Program-made: the position numbers and the translations under genes | Source of the DNA: Aulosira sp. ZfuVER01 | GTDB taxonomy: Bacteria; Cyanobacteriota; Cyanobacteriia; Cyanobacteriales; Nostocaceae | Assembly (NCBI GenBank): GCA_034530615.2 | Contig: JAVRCV020000052.1 | Span: forward strand, 32,001 to 96,000 | Reading direction: 5' to 3' | Length of the DNA: 64,000 nt | The notes under the pieces: generated by a model | Database searches by the model: none | Told to the model about the DNA's origin: nothing | The model's input: only the letters and a program-made list of their open reading frames with translations | Shown: positions 11,174 to 22,333 of the stretch, piece after piece | Layout of the letters: each line of letters opens with the position of its first letter | Numbering within the stretch: the first letter of the stretch is position 1

Positions 11174-11476
11174 TTACATTTGACCGCTAAAGGCAGGCTT
11201 TACTTTGCGGTCAATCCTTTCCCCCAAGTCTTCAGCAATTGTTAAAGAATCTGGTTTGCAACGCTTCACATTGACAATAATTCCCTGTGCGCCTTCTGCT
11301 TCCAAATCTTCTATGTAACCTTTAATTGCCAGATTGGCATCCACAGAGTTTAGAAATGGGCCAAAGTAGTATGTGCAACGGGGATTCTGTGTCACAATCT
11401 CTACCCACCAAGCCAAGCCTAGATTGTTGACTGTGCTAATCAACGTTTCCTTGAGATCATCCCAAATGGTTTTCAT
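11174..11476 (-). CDS. DUF1816 family protein
   Basis: WWVEIVTQNPRCTYYFGPF...GYIEDL..EGA...RCKP pattern. Confidence 0.85.
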   Translation of the reverse strand: MKTIWDDLKETLISTVNNLGLAWWVEIVTQNPRCTYYFGPFLNSVDANLAIKGYIEDLEAEGAQGIIVNVKRCKPDSLTIAEDLGERIDRKVKPAFSGQM

Positions 11477-11573
11477 GGTAATTACCAATTTATGAATGAG
11501 GTACTGGATATTAAACGGTATTTTGCTGTGTTTTTTTGCTTTACATTTCTTTATACTCTTTTACTCTCATTTT

Positions 11574-12608
11574 TCAAAGAGGTTTTTGTAATTTATCCAG
11601 ATAATGTGTGTTTAGCAAGCGTTGGCGATAAATTTCATAAAGTGCCATACCTGCTGCGACTGAGGCGTTGAGGCTAGGAGTCTTGCCTTGGAGGGGAATG
11701 GACACTAAGACATCGCAAGAGCGTTGTGTTAGCATACTCAGTCCTTCGCCTTCTGAACCAATTACTAAAACAATCGGGCCGCTAAAACTTACTGTATGCA
11801 GGGGTTCACTACCTGTTGCTGCTGTACCATAAATCCAAAAGCCAGCTTCTTTAAGTTCTTCTAAAGAACGGCTGAGATTGACAACACGGGCAACGGGGAA
11901 GTTTTCTAAAGCGCCTGCTGCCACTTTTACCACAGTGGAAGTGATCCCCGAAGCTCTTCTTTGGGGAATAACTAATCCTTGTGCGCCTATAGCTTCTGCG
12001 GTGCGAATAATTGCACCTAAGTTATGCGGGTCAGTGATCCCATCAGCTACTATAATTACTGGATCGCTAACAGATTTTGCCTGTGCAATTAAATCTGGCA
12101 ATTCAATATAGGAGTAGGGAGCGATTTGCGCCGCTATACCTTGATGATTGGCCCCGTTTGTGATTTGGTCTAAACGCTTGGGTTCTACTTCATCAATAAC
12201 TGCACCATGATCCTTAGCTTGGAGGATCAAATGATGAAAGCGGGGATCGTAACGTAAACGAGTAGTAATCCAAATACGGTTGAGACCACGCTGATTTTCT
12301 AAAGCACTTAATACTGGATGACGACCATAGATAATGTCACTCTCTTCTGGTGCTTGTTTGGTCTCTGTGGAAGGATGGGGTAAATGACGCTGTTGGTGTG
12401 AACCGCCAGAGATGGATTTACTATCGACAGGTCTGGGATTGCGAACAGGCTTAGCATCGACTGCTCTGGGATTGCGAACGGGTTTACCATCGACGGGTCT
12501 GGGATTGCGAATAGGATTAGCAAGAACACGCTTACCTTTCACTTTCACAGGTAGCCCGCGATTGGGTTCGCCAGCAGTTTTGATTTTTCTGGGTTTATCC
12601 GATGACAT
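11574..12608 (-). CDS. rlmB: 23S rRNA (guanosine-2251-2'-O)-methyltransferase
   Basis: [44 protein letters not shown] motifs. Confidence 0.95.
   Translation of the reverse strand: MSSDKPRKIKTAGEPNRGLPVKVKGKRVLANPIRNPRPVDGKPVRNPRAVDAKPVRNPRPVDSKSISGGSHQQRHLPHPSTETKQAPEESDIIYGRHPVLSALENQRGLNRIWITTRLRYDPRFHHLILQAKDHGAVIDEVEPKRLDQITNGANHQGIAAQIAPYSYIELPDLIAQAKSVSDPVIIVADGITDPHNLGAIIRTAEAIGAQGLVIPQRRASGITSTVVKVAAGALENFPVARVVNLSRSLEELKEAGFWIYGTAATGSEPLHTVSFSGPIVLVIGSEGEGLSMLTQRSCDVLVSIPLQGKTPSLNASVAAGMALYEIYRQRLLNTHYLDKLQKPL
12418..12516 (-). repeat. 33-bp in-frame tandem repeat x3 within rlmB N-terminal extension
   Basis: Units at 12418, 12451, 12484 encoding P(I/V)RNPR(P/A)VDxK. Confidence 0.9.
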
Positions 12609-12704
12609 AGGAGTATTTGGTAAAACTTATGGGTGGGCATACTAATTCCCAAACTTACCGAAGCTCACTCTACTGGATTTTGCTTTCGTGAGATTTATCG
12701 CCCA

Positions 12705-13184
12705 CTATTTTTCTAGATGGAGTTTTTGTAACAGTTCGGTTAAGCGAGGGAAGTCTGTGAGATAAAGGTAGCCAATTAAGGTTTCTAGACTAGTTGCTTG
12801 TTGGTAAATTTCTGGATCGACCCGCTTCGAGCGTCCTGTGGCAGCATTACGACCCCGTCGGACAATATCTAATTCACTATCCCTCAGATGAGGTACTAGC
12901 GATCGCAAATGTAGCGCTTGTTGTTCTGCTCTAACCTGTGCCACTACCAGACGATGGTAAGTATCTGGTCGCTGCAATGGCATTAGATAAAACATTCTAA
13001 CATATAGCTCGTAAATTGCATCCCCCACATATGCTAATGCAGCAGGAGAAATTTGTTGCACTTGTGAAACAGAGATTTGTTCGGGTAATTGAAATGTGCT
13101 TGCCAAGAGTGACTGAGTCCAAAATGAATTCTGTTTAGCAACTTCATCTTGTCCCTCTAATAGCTCTTCCTCCTTAGGCTTCAC
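12705..13184 (-). CDS. mrnC: Mini-ribonuclease III
   Basis: LAYVGDAIYEL, VRAEQQA, RRGRNA, YQQATSLETLIGYLY. Confidence 0.9.
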   Translation of the reverse strand: MKPKEEELLEGQDEVAKQNSFWTQSLLASTFQLPEQISVSQVQQISPAALAYVGDAIYELYVRMFYLMPLQRPDTYHRLVVAQVRAEQQALHLRSLVPHLRDSELDIVRRGRNAATGRSKRVDPEIYQQATSLETLIGYLYLTDFPRLTELLQKLHLEK

Positions 13185-13380
13185 AAGTTAATTATTCCTT
13201 AGTGTGCTACATTTGGCAGGCATCATTGATTTTGGGTTGAGATACTTAGCATAATCTACACTAGCAAAAATCACTGACTAAATTTTATCTTTTTGTTTAA
13301 AAGTTGAGATTTTAAAATCAGCTGGCTTGACACCTCTGCCATAAATAGAGAGGCTTACTGGCCAGCTTGGCTAAAAATTA

Positions 13381-13408
13381 AGCTATCCAGATAAAGCATC
13401 GGATAGCT
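13381..13408 (-). terminator. Hairpin downstream of STAS gene
   Basis: AGCTATCC...GGATAGCT stem, with an A-run just before it on the plus strand. Confidence 0.5.
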
Positions 13409-13432
13409 AAATTAATTTTTTCGGTCAAGCAA

Positions 13433-13801
13433 TCAAGACGACTTGATGTTTTCTAGAGCCGCTTCAACAGTTGGTTGCAGGGAGAGAAACTTCTCTAAGC
13501 GAACAAGCTTGACCGTTTGAGTCACGCGGGCATTTGTGACAATTTGCAAGGTACCGCTGGCGTTTTGAGCTTGTTTGGCTAGTTGCACTAAAGCACCTAA
13601 GCCAGAACTATCAACAAAGTCAATTTGTGAGAGGTCCAAAATAATGTGCTTTGGGCCCTCATCAATCTTGCTACCCAGTACCTTGCGAAATGTCGGCTCA
13701 GAAAAAGCGTCTAACAAACCTGTGAGGCGGAATAGCTGACAGTTATCCCGGGCTTCACGAGTACCCCTCAGGCTCACAGTTAGATTCAGTGGCTCAGCAA
13801 T
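13433..13801 (-). CDS. STAS domain anti-sigma-factor antagonist
   Basis: IILDLSQIDFVDSSGLGAL phospho-Ser motif; start placed at ATT 13801 behind GAGGAGG (alternative GTG 13777). Confidence 0.9.
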   Translation of the reverse strand: MAEPLNLTVSLRGTREARDNCQLFRLTGLLDAFSEPTFRKVLGSKIDEGPKHIILDLSQIDFVDSSGLGALVQLAKQAQNASGTLQIVTNARVTQTVKLVRLEKFLSLQPTVEAALENIKSS

Positions 13802-13878
13802 AACTCCCTCCTCATGGTGAAAGTGAACGCTCCAGTATAGATGGTTTTGGTACAAGTTGTCTACAACCTGCGGGGTTA

Positions 13879-13922
13879 GGGCATGGGGCATTGGGTATTG
13901 GGCATTGGGCATGGGGCATTGG
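13879..13922. repeat. STRR-type heptamer array (GGGCATK)n
   Basis: gggcatggggcattgggtattgggcattgggcatggggcattgg. Confidence 0.85.
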
Positions 13923-13966
13923 TTATTGCCTTTATCCTCCCTATCCTCCTTATCCCTGTACCCATT

Positions 13967-15133
13967 TTATTTAATCCCAGTTGTGGCTAATTGACGTGCT
14001 GCTCGCATTGCTTGAACAAATTCCTCAAACAAGTAATCAGCATCGTGGGGACCAGGGCTAGCCTCTGGGTGATATTGTACTGAAAACACAGGCAGAGACT
14101 TGTGACGTACTCCAGCAACCGTGCGATCGTTCAAGTTTAGGTGGCTAATTTCCACAACTGCCTCAGGTAAAGAATCGGGGTCAATAGCAAAACTGTGGTT
14201 TTGGCTGGTAATTTCTACCCGTTGTTGTAAACCCGCAGGCTGATTCAATCCCCGATGACCAAACTTGAGTTTAAAGGTTTCTGCTCCCAAGGCATGACCC
14301 AAAATTTGATGCCCCATACAAATGCCAAAGATGGGTTTTTCCGCGCCTAGCAGTGCCTTGGCAGTTTCAATCCCTTCCGTAACCGCAGCTGGGTCGCCAG
14401 GTCCGTTGGAAAGAAAAATACCATCTGGATTATATTTGAGAATTTCCCCTGGTGGTGTATGCGCAGGCACAACAATTACCTGACAACCGTAACTTGCTAG
14501 GCGACGCAAGATATTTCGTTTCACCCCAAAATCTAGCGCCACAACGGTAAAGGATTCTGCCGTATTGTTCGCTGCATTAGGGTTGAATTCCCAAGCGGGG
14601 ATTGTGGGATCGGACCATTCATAAACCTTTGGGGTAGTCACCTCACGCACCAGATTCAATCCCTGCATACTAGGCGCTGCCTGTACTTGCTCTAGTAACT
14701 CAGCCTCATCCAGAATAGATGTGGAGATACCACCATTCATAGCTCCAAACATCCGAATTTTACGGGTGAGAGCGCGAGTATCAATACCATAAATACCTGG
14801 TACTTGGTGCTGTTTCAGGTAGTCAGGCAAGGATTGTGTTGAGCGCCAGTTACTTGGTCGCTGACAAATATTGCGAGCGATCGCACCTCGCACTTGTGGT
14901 CTAGCTGATTCTTCGTCTTCTGGATTAACGCCAGTGTTACCCAATTCTGGATAGGTAAAAACGACAATTTGACCGCAGTAACTGGGATCGGTCAGAACCT
15001 CTTGATATCCAGTCATGCCAGTATTAAAGACCACTTCTCCAATTGTGGTTCCTGTGGCACCAAAAGACCAACCGCGATAAGCAGTTCCATCCGCCAGGAC
15101 AAGTAGAGCAGGTATTGTGTCAGACAGGGACAT
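13967..15133 (-). CDS. carA: Carbamoyl-phosphate synthase small subunit
   Basis: [40 protein letters not shown]. Confidence 0.97.
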   Translation of the reverse strand: MSLSDTIPALLVLADGTAYRGWSFGATGTTIGEVVFNTGMTGYQEVLTDPSYCGQIVVFTYPELGNTGVNPEDEESARPQVRGAIARNICQRPSNWRSTQSLPDYLKQHQVPGIYGIDTRALTRKIRMFGAMNGGISTSILDEAELLEQVQAAPSMQGLNLVREVTTPKVYEWSDPTIPAWEFNPNAANNTAESFTVVALDFGVKRNILRRLASYGCQVIVVPAHTPPGEILKYNPDGIFLSNGPGDPAAVTEGIETAKALLGAEKPIFGICMGHQILGHALGAETFKLKFGHRGLNQPAGLQQRVEITSQNHSFAIDPDSLPEAVVEISHLNLNDRTVAGVRHKSLPVFSVQYHPEASPGPHDADYLFEEFVQAMRAARQLATTGIK

Positions 15134-15448
15134 AGGCGATGAAGGCAATCATGATTAGGATCTGGGCATAAGAGCTAGTAGTTAAGAAGGTTTTTTCTTT
15201 TTTCTAGCCTTTAGTCCCTAGTTTCGTATTAAGCTGCGATTGTCAATTATCCCATGAGTTTAGAAAGTTAGCGTTCTGAAGCTAATTAATTAAAAATTAA
15301 AAATTTTACATAGTAGTCATTGGTCAAGAGTCAAAGGTCAAGCATTTCATCTCTCCCTGCTCTCTTGCTTCCTCATCTTCCTTCACTAAACTTTGCAGCC
15401 AAAGAGGTAGATTTGCAGCCCTCTGGGCAGGTAGAATCGAAGTTAATT

Positions 15449-16498
15449 ATGCTCCAGTCTTTTTTATCCCGTGCAGTCCTGATTTTTCTATCGAGTGCGT
15501 TAGCGGTTTTGGGTGTTGCCTGTAGTGAAGACAAACAGAATACTGCGACTCGCGCCCATGAGCAGTCTACGCCTGTGGGCAATGAAGCAGCATCGCCTCT
15601 TGTCGAAGCTTCCCCATTATCTAGCCCAGAACCACAGCCACAATCTCCGTCGACAATTGAACTAAATTCTTTTGAATTGGCGTTGGATAAAGCCGCAGGT
15701 GCGATGACCATTAGCCAATCGGCTCAATCAGCTGATGATTGGAAGTTAGTGGCGACTCAGTTCCAGGATGCGATCGCGCTGATGAAAAACGTGCAGCAAG
15801 AAAGCCCGAATTTCGCTGTCGCCCAAACCAAAATCTCAGAGTACCAGCGCCAAATTCAGTATGCCTTGGATAAAGCTACCCCAAAACCTTTACCGCCAAT
15901 AGCGGCAAAGCCCCAAAGGGTAGTTGTTGTCGTTCCTTCTAAAAAAACCACACCCAGTCCTAGCCAAGCTCTAGCGCCACTTTTACCAAAGCGACAGCCA
16001 TTACCACAGTCAGTCTTGCTCCCAGCAGAACAAATCGCCCAAGAGCAAGATGTATTTGTCGCGCCAATCAAACGTCGCATTGGGGGAACACCAATTATTG
16101 AAGTTACCTTCAATGGAGAACGGAGATTTGAGATGATTGTGGATACAGGGGCTAGTGGCACGGTGATTACCCAAAACATGGCCAATGCTTTGGGTATTGT
16201 ACCCGTGGGCAAAACCAAAGCTAACACAGCCAGTTCTAAGCAAGTGGAATTTACGATTGGCTATGTTAATTCAATGGCTGCTGCTGGTGTAATGGTGAAT
16301 AAAGTACCAGTAGCGATCGCAGGCTCAGACTTAGAAACTGGACTGCTTGGTCACGACTTTTTCGGCAATTATGATGTCACTATCAAACGCCATGTCGTGG
16401 AATTTCGCCCGCAATCGCGATCAGAAATTAATTCCGCAGGAAATGAACTAACTGTTCCAATTTTACCCAGGGAGCGCCACTATCTAGGATCTCCTTAG
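15449..16498 (+). CDS. Lipoprotein with C-terminal retropepsin-like aspartic protease domain
   Basis: Lipobox-like [17 protein letters not shown] and GLLGHDFF; Pro-rich linker. Confidence 0.85.
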   Translation: MLQSFLSRAVLIFLSSALAVLGVACSEDKQNTATRAHEQSTPVGNEAASPLVEASPLSSPEPQPQSPSTIELNSFELALDKAAGAMTISQSAQSADDWKLVATQFQDAIALMKNVQQESPNFAVAQTKISEYQRQIQYALDKATPKPLPPIAAKPQRVVVVVPSKKTTPSPSQALAPLLPKRQPLPQSVLLPAEQIAQEQDVFVAPIKRRIGGTPIIEVTFNGERRFEMIVDTGASGTVITQNMANALGIVPVGKTKANTASSKQVEFTIGYVNSMAAAGVMVNKVPVAIAGSDLETGLLGHDFFGNYDVTIKRHVVEFRPQSRSEINSAGNELTVPILPRERHYLGSP

Positions 16499-17495
16499 CC
16501 ACTTGAATACCTTGGGCATGGTCTAATAGGGGGATTGCACCTGCCACTTGCAGCGCGAGTGATGTATTCAACGCTACAGCATCCTGTTGCGCCTGCGTTC
16601 CCTTGCCTTGCAGTACAGCTTTGAGAATTTCTGCATTTTCTTGAACATCGCCACCCCTAAGGGAACCTATAGTCGCAGGAGTTACACCTACAGCTTCGGG
16701 ATTTACAGTAGTTAACTGCACTTCACCATCCGATAATACTGCCAAGTCGGTTACATCCCCTAACCCCGCTTCATCTAATTTTTCTCGCCCATGTAGGACA
16801 ATTGCCTTTTGCTTACCCAAATTGTTTAACGCTTGGGCAACAGTTGCCAAAAGTTTAGGAGTAAATAACCCTACCACTTGCCCAGTAGGATTTAAAGGAT
16901 TTACCAAAGGCCCGAGTAAGTTGAACACAGTCCGTACCTTGAGAGTCCGCCGCAATGTCGCAACCGCCTTGAGTGCTGGATGCCAACCAGGAGCAAATAA
17001 AAAAGTGATCCCCACTTCTTTAACTGCTGCTTGTACTTTTTCGCTAGGGGCGTTGAGATTTACACCCAAAGCTTCCAAGACATCGGCGCTTCCTGTCAGA
17101 CTCGACGCCGAACGATTTCCGTGTTTGGCAACAGGTACACCATAGGCAGCAGTCACAAAAGCAACGGCGGTAGAAATATTAAAAGTTGATGAACCATCTC
17201 CACCAGTACCACAGGTATCGATGAGAGTGGTGAGTTCTGGGTTCTGAGTTTTGAGAAAAGAAGATTGAGATTGCAGCACTTCCGCCATTCCAGTCAATTC
17301 ATCAGCAGAAACGCCTTTAAAGTTCAGCGCTGTTAAAATTGCTCCCGATAATTCTGGGGGAACAGATTCACTTAGCCATCCTTGCATCAATTCAGCAGAT
17401 TGAGTACGGGACAAAGATTCACCATCGATTAATTGTTGCAGCAGGAGATACCAGCTAGGTGAAGTTTCTGGCGTGGAGATGGGGGAAGTTGTCAT
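16428..17495 (-). CDS. trpD: Anthranilate phosphoribosyltransferase
   Basis: [37 protein letters not shown]. Confidence 0.97.
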   Translation of the reverse strand: MTTSPISTPETSPSWYLLLQQLIDGESLSRTQSAELMQGWLSESVPPELSGAILTALNFKGVSADELTGMAEVLQSQSSFLKTQNPELTTLIDTCGTGGDGSSTFNISTAVAFVTAAYGVPVAKHGNRSASSLTGSADVLEALGVNLNAPSEKVQAAVKEVGITFLFAPGWHPALKAVATLRRTLKVRTVFNLLGPLVNPLNPTGQVVGLFTPKLLATVAQALNNLGKQKAIVLHGREKLDEAGLGDVTDLAVLSDGEVQLTTVNPEAVGVTPATIGSLRGGDVQENAEILKAVLQGKGTQAQQDAVALNTSLALQVAGAIPLLDHAQGIQVAKEILDSGAPWVKLEQLVHFLRN

Positions 17496-17938
17496 AGAAC
17501 AGGTTTGTTGCGTGTGGTAGGGTTGAGCTTTTGTTGATGAGTCTGGGAGTTATCCTACCGGAAAATGGGAAACAGTTTGTAGTAAGCACTTGAGTGCTTG
17601 ATATTTAGAAAACTGAAGTCCTGACTACGAAAAAATTTTATTTTTTGCTTTAATTTTTCAATACTGGCTGTTTCATCAGGCTTTATAAGTAAATCTAACA
17701 AAGCTCAAGATATTAACCCAAAAATTAGATGGGCAAAACCACTAATATGCGATCGCTATACTCATCTGCGGTTTTTAACTATTGCTGCTTGATTACTTCA
17801 CCATAAATTTACAAACAAACCGTATTTCCCCTGAATACACAAAGTTTTTATCAATATTTCTCAGAGGATATCCGAAATAGTACGAGTTTGGTTTAGTAGT
17901 TGGATATATAACTCTAAATTTTAGACATATCCAACTCC

Positions 17939-18517
17939 ATGAAGCGATCGCATCTCGTTAAAATCGCCATGATAGTGTTATTTTCCCTGGGCAGTCTTGG
18001 TATTGTCGGGGGGAGTTTTTTTCTAAGAAAAGCTTTTAGCAGTTCAACTGAACCTGAAATAGTTACTGATACATCACTTTATACGGAAATACGTAATAAG
18101 TTAATATCTAATGACTACCAAGTAAAACATTTTCCTAATACAATTCCTGCGGATGCCAAGGGTATAAGGATTGCTTACTCACCAGGCTTTTCTCAAGGCA
18201 GTAGTTTTTTTCAAGTAAGGTTAAAACAATCACCAGAAAAGATCAAAAAATTACTTGCGCAATATAAAAGTGTTGCCAAACACGAGTATAGAGGTGGTAA
18301 TACAAACGACCACGCTAACTTACCTAACGGAGTTCCAACAACATTTTTTTACACTAGTGACGCATCTGAAGAATCCTTTCCGCCTAGCTACGAAATATTA
18401 GTCTTGGATGCACAAGATAAAGGTACCTCTGGTTTTAAATGGAATCATGGTAATAGCTATGGGGTAGCAATTGATAGTTCAGCCTCAGAAATTGTTTATT
18501 GGAATGAACAATGGTAG
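17939..18517 (+). CDS. Hypothetical membrane-anchored/exported protein
   Basis: N-terminal hydrophobic helix, 192-aa ORF; no family recognised. Confidence 0.75.
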   Translation: MKRSHLVKIAMIVLFSLGSLGIVGGSFFLRKAFSSSTEPEIVTDTSLYTEIRNKLISNDYQVKHFPNTIPADAKGIRIAYSPGFSQGSSFFQVRLKQSPEKIKKLLAQYKSVAKHEYRGGNTNDHANLPNGVPTTFFYTSDASEESFPPSYEILVLDAQDKGTSGFKWNHGNSYGVAIDSSASEIVYWNEQW

Positions 18518-18605
18518 TTGAGGTAAGCCAGAGGAAGTAGAAGGGGATGAGGGGGAAATAACTATTGACAAATGACTCTTGACCAAGCAAGGAATTTACA
18601 TCAGC

Positions 18606-19112
18606 ATGAGAAAAATTATTGTTGGAGTGATGGGGCCGGGAGAAAAGGCGACAGCAAATGATTTGCAAAACGCCTATGAATTAGGTTGTCTCATTGCCCA
18701 ACAAGGATGGATTTTACTCACTGGCGGTAGAAATGCAGGAGTGATGGATGCCGCAAATAAAGGTGCTAAATCTGCCAATGGTTTAACACTTGGTATTCTC
18801 CCTAGACATCAGCAAGATAGCATTTCTAATGATGTGGATATCGCTATTTTCACAGATATGGGAAACGCTCGAAATAATATTAATGTTCTCTCTAGTGATG
18901 TAGTAATTGCTTGTGGGATGGGTACGGGAACTGCTTCTGAAATCGCTTTGGCTTTGAAAGGAAATAAGGCAGTAATTTTACTGAACAACGATGCAGAAAG
19001 CAAAGTGTTCTTCAAAAAGCTGTCGCCAGAGAATGTTTATATTGTTGAGAGTGTAGTAGATGCGATCGCCTCTGCCAAGGTAATCTTAAACAAGAATGCC
19101 GATGAAGAGTAG
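18606..19112 (+). CDS. LOG/SLOG family Rossmann protein (TIGR00725-like)
   Basis: IIVGVMG, LTGGRNAGVMDAA, ARNNINVLSSD, GTGTASEI. Confidence 0.85.
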   Translation: MRKIIVGVMGPGEKATANDLQNAYELGCLIAQQGWILLTGGRNAGVMDAANKGAKSANGLTLGILPRHQQDSISNDVDIAIFTDMGNARNNINVLSSDVVIACGMGTGTASEIALALKGNKAVILLNNDAESKVFFKKLSPENVYIVESVVDAIASAKVILNKNADEE

Positions 19113-19143
19113 GTTTGTGCCTTCAATGCGTCTTTTAATTCTG

Positions 19144-20193
19144 CTAATTTGTCTTTAGTGGCGGTTGCAGCGGAATGTTAGCCAGTTCTGAACAGTAGTA
19201 TCCCGCAATTTCTTTAGCGATCGCATCTGGTCGCGAAATTTGCTCTAAATTACACAATACAATTACGGTAATCTTGTCATCAATAAAGCGAGTAATGTTA
19301 CTTGCGAATCCTAAAATCGCGCCATTGTGACCAACTACTCTGCGATCGCTATAATTTAATATCCACCAACCTAAACCCGCTACATATCTCAGCTTCTCCC
19401 AATCATCGCCTTGATTTGCCGGATGGGGAGTCCACATCAAATCAAGAGTTGATTGCTTGAGTAAATTTTTACCATAAAGTGCTTGTTCCCACCTAACCAT
19501 ATCTTCCACACTGGAGAGTTGACCGCCTGCTGAATATGTAACTGAAGGACTGTAGTATGGTTTATTAACGAGCTTTCCTTCTAAAAATCGATAGCCAGCA
19601 GCCCGATGCAACACAATATCTCTCGGATGATTCATTATGGTTGCATTCATTCCCAAAGGCTCAAAAATACGCTCTCGCAATAAATTTCCATAGGATTTTT
19701 GGGTGACTTTTTCCAGCATCAACCCCAGCAGATAGTAGCCTGTATTGTCGTAGGCGCTAAACTCTCCTGGTGGAAACTTCAGGGGTAAATCAGTAACTAA
19801 AGCTAAAATTTCTGATTTGGATAAATCAAGACGGGTAATTTCCCAGTAATTGGGTGCATGGGTATAGTTGGGAATTCCCGACTGGTGAGACAAAATCTGC
19901 TTAATTGTTACACTCTGCCAAGCTATAGGTAAATTATCTAGGTAGACTGCGATCGCTTCATCTAGGGAAATTACCCCTTCCTCCACTAACATCATGGTGA
20001 CTGTAGCAGTGAACGTTTTCCCAACAGAAGCAATTTCATAAACTGTCTTTTCACTCGCTGGAACGGAGTGTTCTACATTCGCCAACCCGTAACCTTTAAC
20101 TAAAATCGGTTTGCCCTCCCGCAGCACTGCAACAGAGAGTCCTGGGATCTGGTTTTTAGTGATTATGGCTTGGATGTAATTGTCAATGACCAT
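19144..20193 (-). CDS. Serine hydrolase, beta-lactamase (AmpC-like) family
   Basis: SxxK (ASVGKTF), LSHQSG, YxN (YDN), GHNG. Confidence 0.9.
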   Translation of the reverse strand: MVIDNYIQAIITKNQIPGLSVAVLREGKPILVKGYGLANVEHSVPASEKTVYEIASVGKTFTATVTMMLVEEGVISLDEAIAVYLDNLPIAWQSVTIKQILSHQSGIPNYTHAPNYWEITRLDLSKSEILALVTDLPLKFPPGEFSAYDNTGYYLLGLMLEKVTQKSYGNLLRERIFEPLGMNATIMNHPRDIVLHRAAGYRFLEGKLVNKPYYSPSVTYSAGGQLSSVEDMVRWEQALYGKNLLKQSTLDLMWTPHPANQGDDWEKLRYVAGLGWWILNYSDRRVVGHNGAILGFASNITRFIDDKITVIVLCNLEQISRPDAIAKEIAGYYCSELANIPLQPPLKTN

Positions 20194-20425
20194 TTGTTAA
20201 GAAGCAAATAGTTATTTCTTCCTCTCCGTGTACCCGCGTCTCCCTCATCCACCTTGTCCTCGATCGCTATGAAGGTTTATTACGAGAATTCACACTTCTT
20301 AATTCATCTGCTGACTAGCGATCGGTTGTCGCATAAGGTTTTACCGTAACCTGATAAAGAGGGTATTAGCAGCCATTGAGGCAATAGCTACTCTACAACA
20401 AGTTGAGAAAGGCAGGTTACGATTC

Positions 20426-21010
20426 ATGGCTTATTCCTGGTTTAAAGCGTTTCACATTATTGGCTTCGTAGTCTGGTTTGCTGGTTTGTTCTATCTAGTA
20501 CGTCTTTTTATCTATCACGTTGAAGCTAACCAAGAACCAGAACCAGCACGCACGATACTGAAAAATCAGTATCAAATTATGGAAAAACGCCTCTACAGTA
20601 TCATTACAACTCCAGGAATGTTAGTGACTGTAGCAATGGCAATCGGTTTACTAAGTACTGAACCGGATGTTTTGAAAGAGGGTTGGCTACATATCAAACT
20701 GGTGTTTGTTGCCTTATTAATTGGTTATCATCATTACTGCTCCCGACTGATGAAGAAACTAGCAGTAGATGAATGCCGTTGGAATAGTCAGCAGTTACGG
20801 GCTTTAAATGAAGCACCTACAGTTATGCTGATGGTAATTGTACTGCTAGCTGTGTTCAAGAACAATCTACCTACAGATATCACGGTCTGGGTCGTTTTTG
20901 CGTCAATCATCTTAATGGCAGTAACAATTCAGCTTTACGCTAAAAAACGCAAGCGTGATAAAGAAAAGCTGACGGCACAATTAGGACAGGTTGCACAAGA
21001 ACAAGGTTAA
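20426..21010 (+). CDS. hemJ: Protoporphyrinogen IX oxidase
   Basis: KAFHIIGFVVWFAGLFYLVRLFIYH, MEKRLY, WLHIKL, RALNEAP. Confidence 0.95.
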   Translation: MAYSWFKAFHIIGFVVWFAGLFYLVRLFIYHVEANQEPEPARTILKNQYQIMEKRLYSIITTPGMLVTVAMAIGLLSTEPDVLKEGWLHIKLVFVALLIGYHHYCSRLMKKLAVDECRWNSQQLRALNEAPTVMLMVIVLLAVFKNNLPTDITVWVVFASIILMAVTIQLYAKKRKRDKEKLTAQLGQVAQEQG

Positions 21011-21026
21011 TCTTGAGATTTCTCAT

Positions 21027-21060
21027 AAAAAACTCCCTCAGAATTTCTGAGGGAGGTTTG
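21027..21060. terminator. Hairpin terminator between convergent hemJ and M50 protease genes
   Basis: CTCCCTCAGA/TCTGAGGGAG stem flanked by A-run and TTT. Confidence 0.8.
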
Positions 21061-21084
21061 AGAAGGAGTATTCAAAATTTGAAA

Positions 21085-22209
21085 CTATGCAGGGTTAAAT
21101 TCAGATTTGCGTTGCAGTAGTTGAATAATCGCAGCCTTCTCTAAAATTCCCACTAGCACACCGTTGTCACGAATTACAGTCAGTGCAGATAGCTGTTGTT
21201 GTTCGAGTAGCTGAACTACTTCCACTAAAGGCTTGTCTGATTGGACAGTGACAGATTCTGCAATTGGTCGCATTACTTCTTTAACTTGAGTCTCTGACCA
21301 CTGAGCTGTGGGGATGGTTCGCAGATCGCTAGCTGCAATCGCACCTACTAATTGTCCCTCATCATCAGTCACTAAGAAGCGATGCCATTGTTCTCCACTT
21401 AAGATGCGCTCATCAGCGAACTCTCTCAAAGTTAGATTAGCAGAAACAATCGGGCTATTAGGAGTGACAACATCCTCTGCTGTTAAACCTGTGAGTTTTT
21501 CTTGTACTCTGGCGTATTGCGCCGCATTACCTGCATTTTGCAACAAGAAGAAACCGACTAACAAATTCCAGATGTTAGCAAAGCTGCCAAATAATAGTAC
21601 AGGGATCAAACCAGAGGCGATCGCTACCCAACCAAATATCTGTCCTACTCGGCTAGCAAATGTCACACCTTTATAAGGATTGCCTGTAATTTTCCAAACT
21701 AAAGCCTTCAGTATATTCCCGCCATCCAAGGGCAAGCCAGGAATCAGGTTAAACAATGCTAACGCTAGGTTAACAGCAGCCAAAACACCAAGAATCGCGC
21801 CTAGTGGTCCTGTGGCAGCAGTAGCATAACCAACGCCTGTAGCCGCAGCGCATAGGATTAGACTAACTAAAGGCCCAGCGATCGCTACCCAAAACGCTTC
21901 ACCTGGGGTTTTCGATTCTTTTTCTAAGCTAGCTAAACCACCAAATATAAATAAGGTGATGGATTTAACATCAATTCCTTGACGAATAGCTACGAAGCTG
22001 TGTCCTAATTCGTGGGCGACGACAGAGGCAAATAACAACAGCGCTGTCATCAATCCTAGTAGTAAAGCTAGCCCCCCAGATAATTGAGGAAATTGCCCCA
22101 TCAGTCCGCTGCTATAAGTCCAAGTTACCAAACCAAGTACTAAAAACCACGACGGATGGATGTAGAAGGGAATCCCAAAGAGATTACCAGCGCGTATTGT
22201 GCCATTCAT
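21085..22209 (-). CDS. Site-2 (M50) zinc metalloprotease with CBS domains
   Basis: HELGH, AGP, FNLIPGLPLDGG; C-terminal CBS pair. Confidence 0.93.
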   Translation of the reverse strand: MNGTIRAGNLFGIPFYIHPSWFLVLGLVTWTYSSGLMGQFPQLSGGLALLLGLMTALLLFASVVAHELGHSFVAIRQGIDVKSITLFIFGGLASLEKESKTPGEAFWVAIAGPLVSLILCAAATGVGYATAATGPLGAILGVLAAVNLALALFNLIPGLPLDGGNILKALVWKITGNPYKGVTFASRVGQIFGWVAIASGLIPVLLFGSFANIWNLLVGFFLLQNAGNAAQYARVQEKLTGLTAEDVVTPNSPIVSANLTLREFADERILSGEQWHRFLVTDDEGQLVGAIAASDLRTIPTAQWSETQVKEVMRPIAESVTVQSDKPLVEVVQLLEQQQLSALTVIRDNGVLVGILEKAAIIQLLQRKSEFNPA

Positions 22210-22333
22210 GTCGTTCACCTTTGATTTCTGCTTCTAGAGGTCTGCTTTCGTCCTCTTGATGTTTCTAGTGTAACGAAATGTAAATGAATTTTAATCTTTC
22301 TGTTGGTAGTGGTGTCCGTCAGTTCAGGTGCGG

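Noticed and set aside
12412..12645. Plus-strand ORF with [10 protein letters not shown] repeats, and the idea of a mini-CRISPR at the 33-bp repeats
   Set aside because: Antisense shadow of the rlmB repeat; the units are contiguous with no spacers, and no cas genes are present
13802..13912. N-terminal extension MPNAQYPMPHA... of the STAS ORF in the track
   Set aside because: It is a translation of the STRR heptamer array; the strong SD lies downstream at 13807-13813
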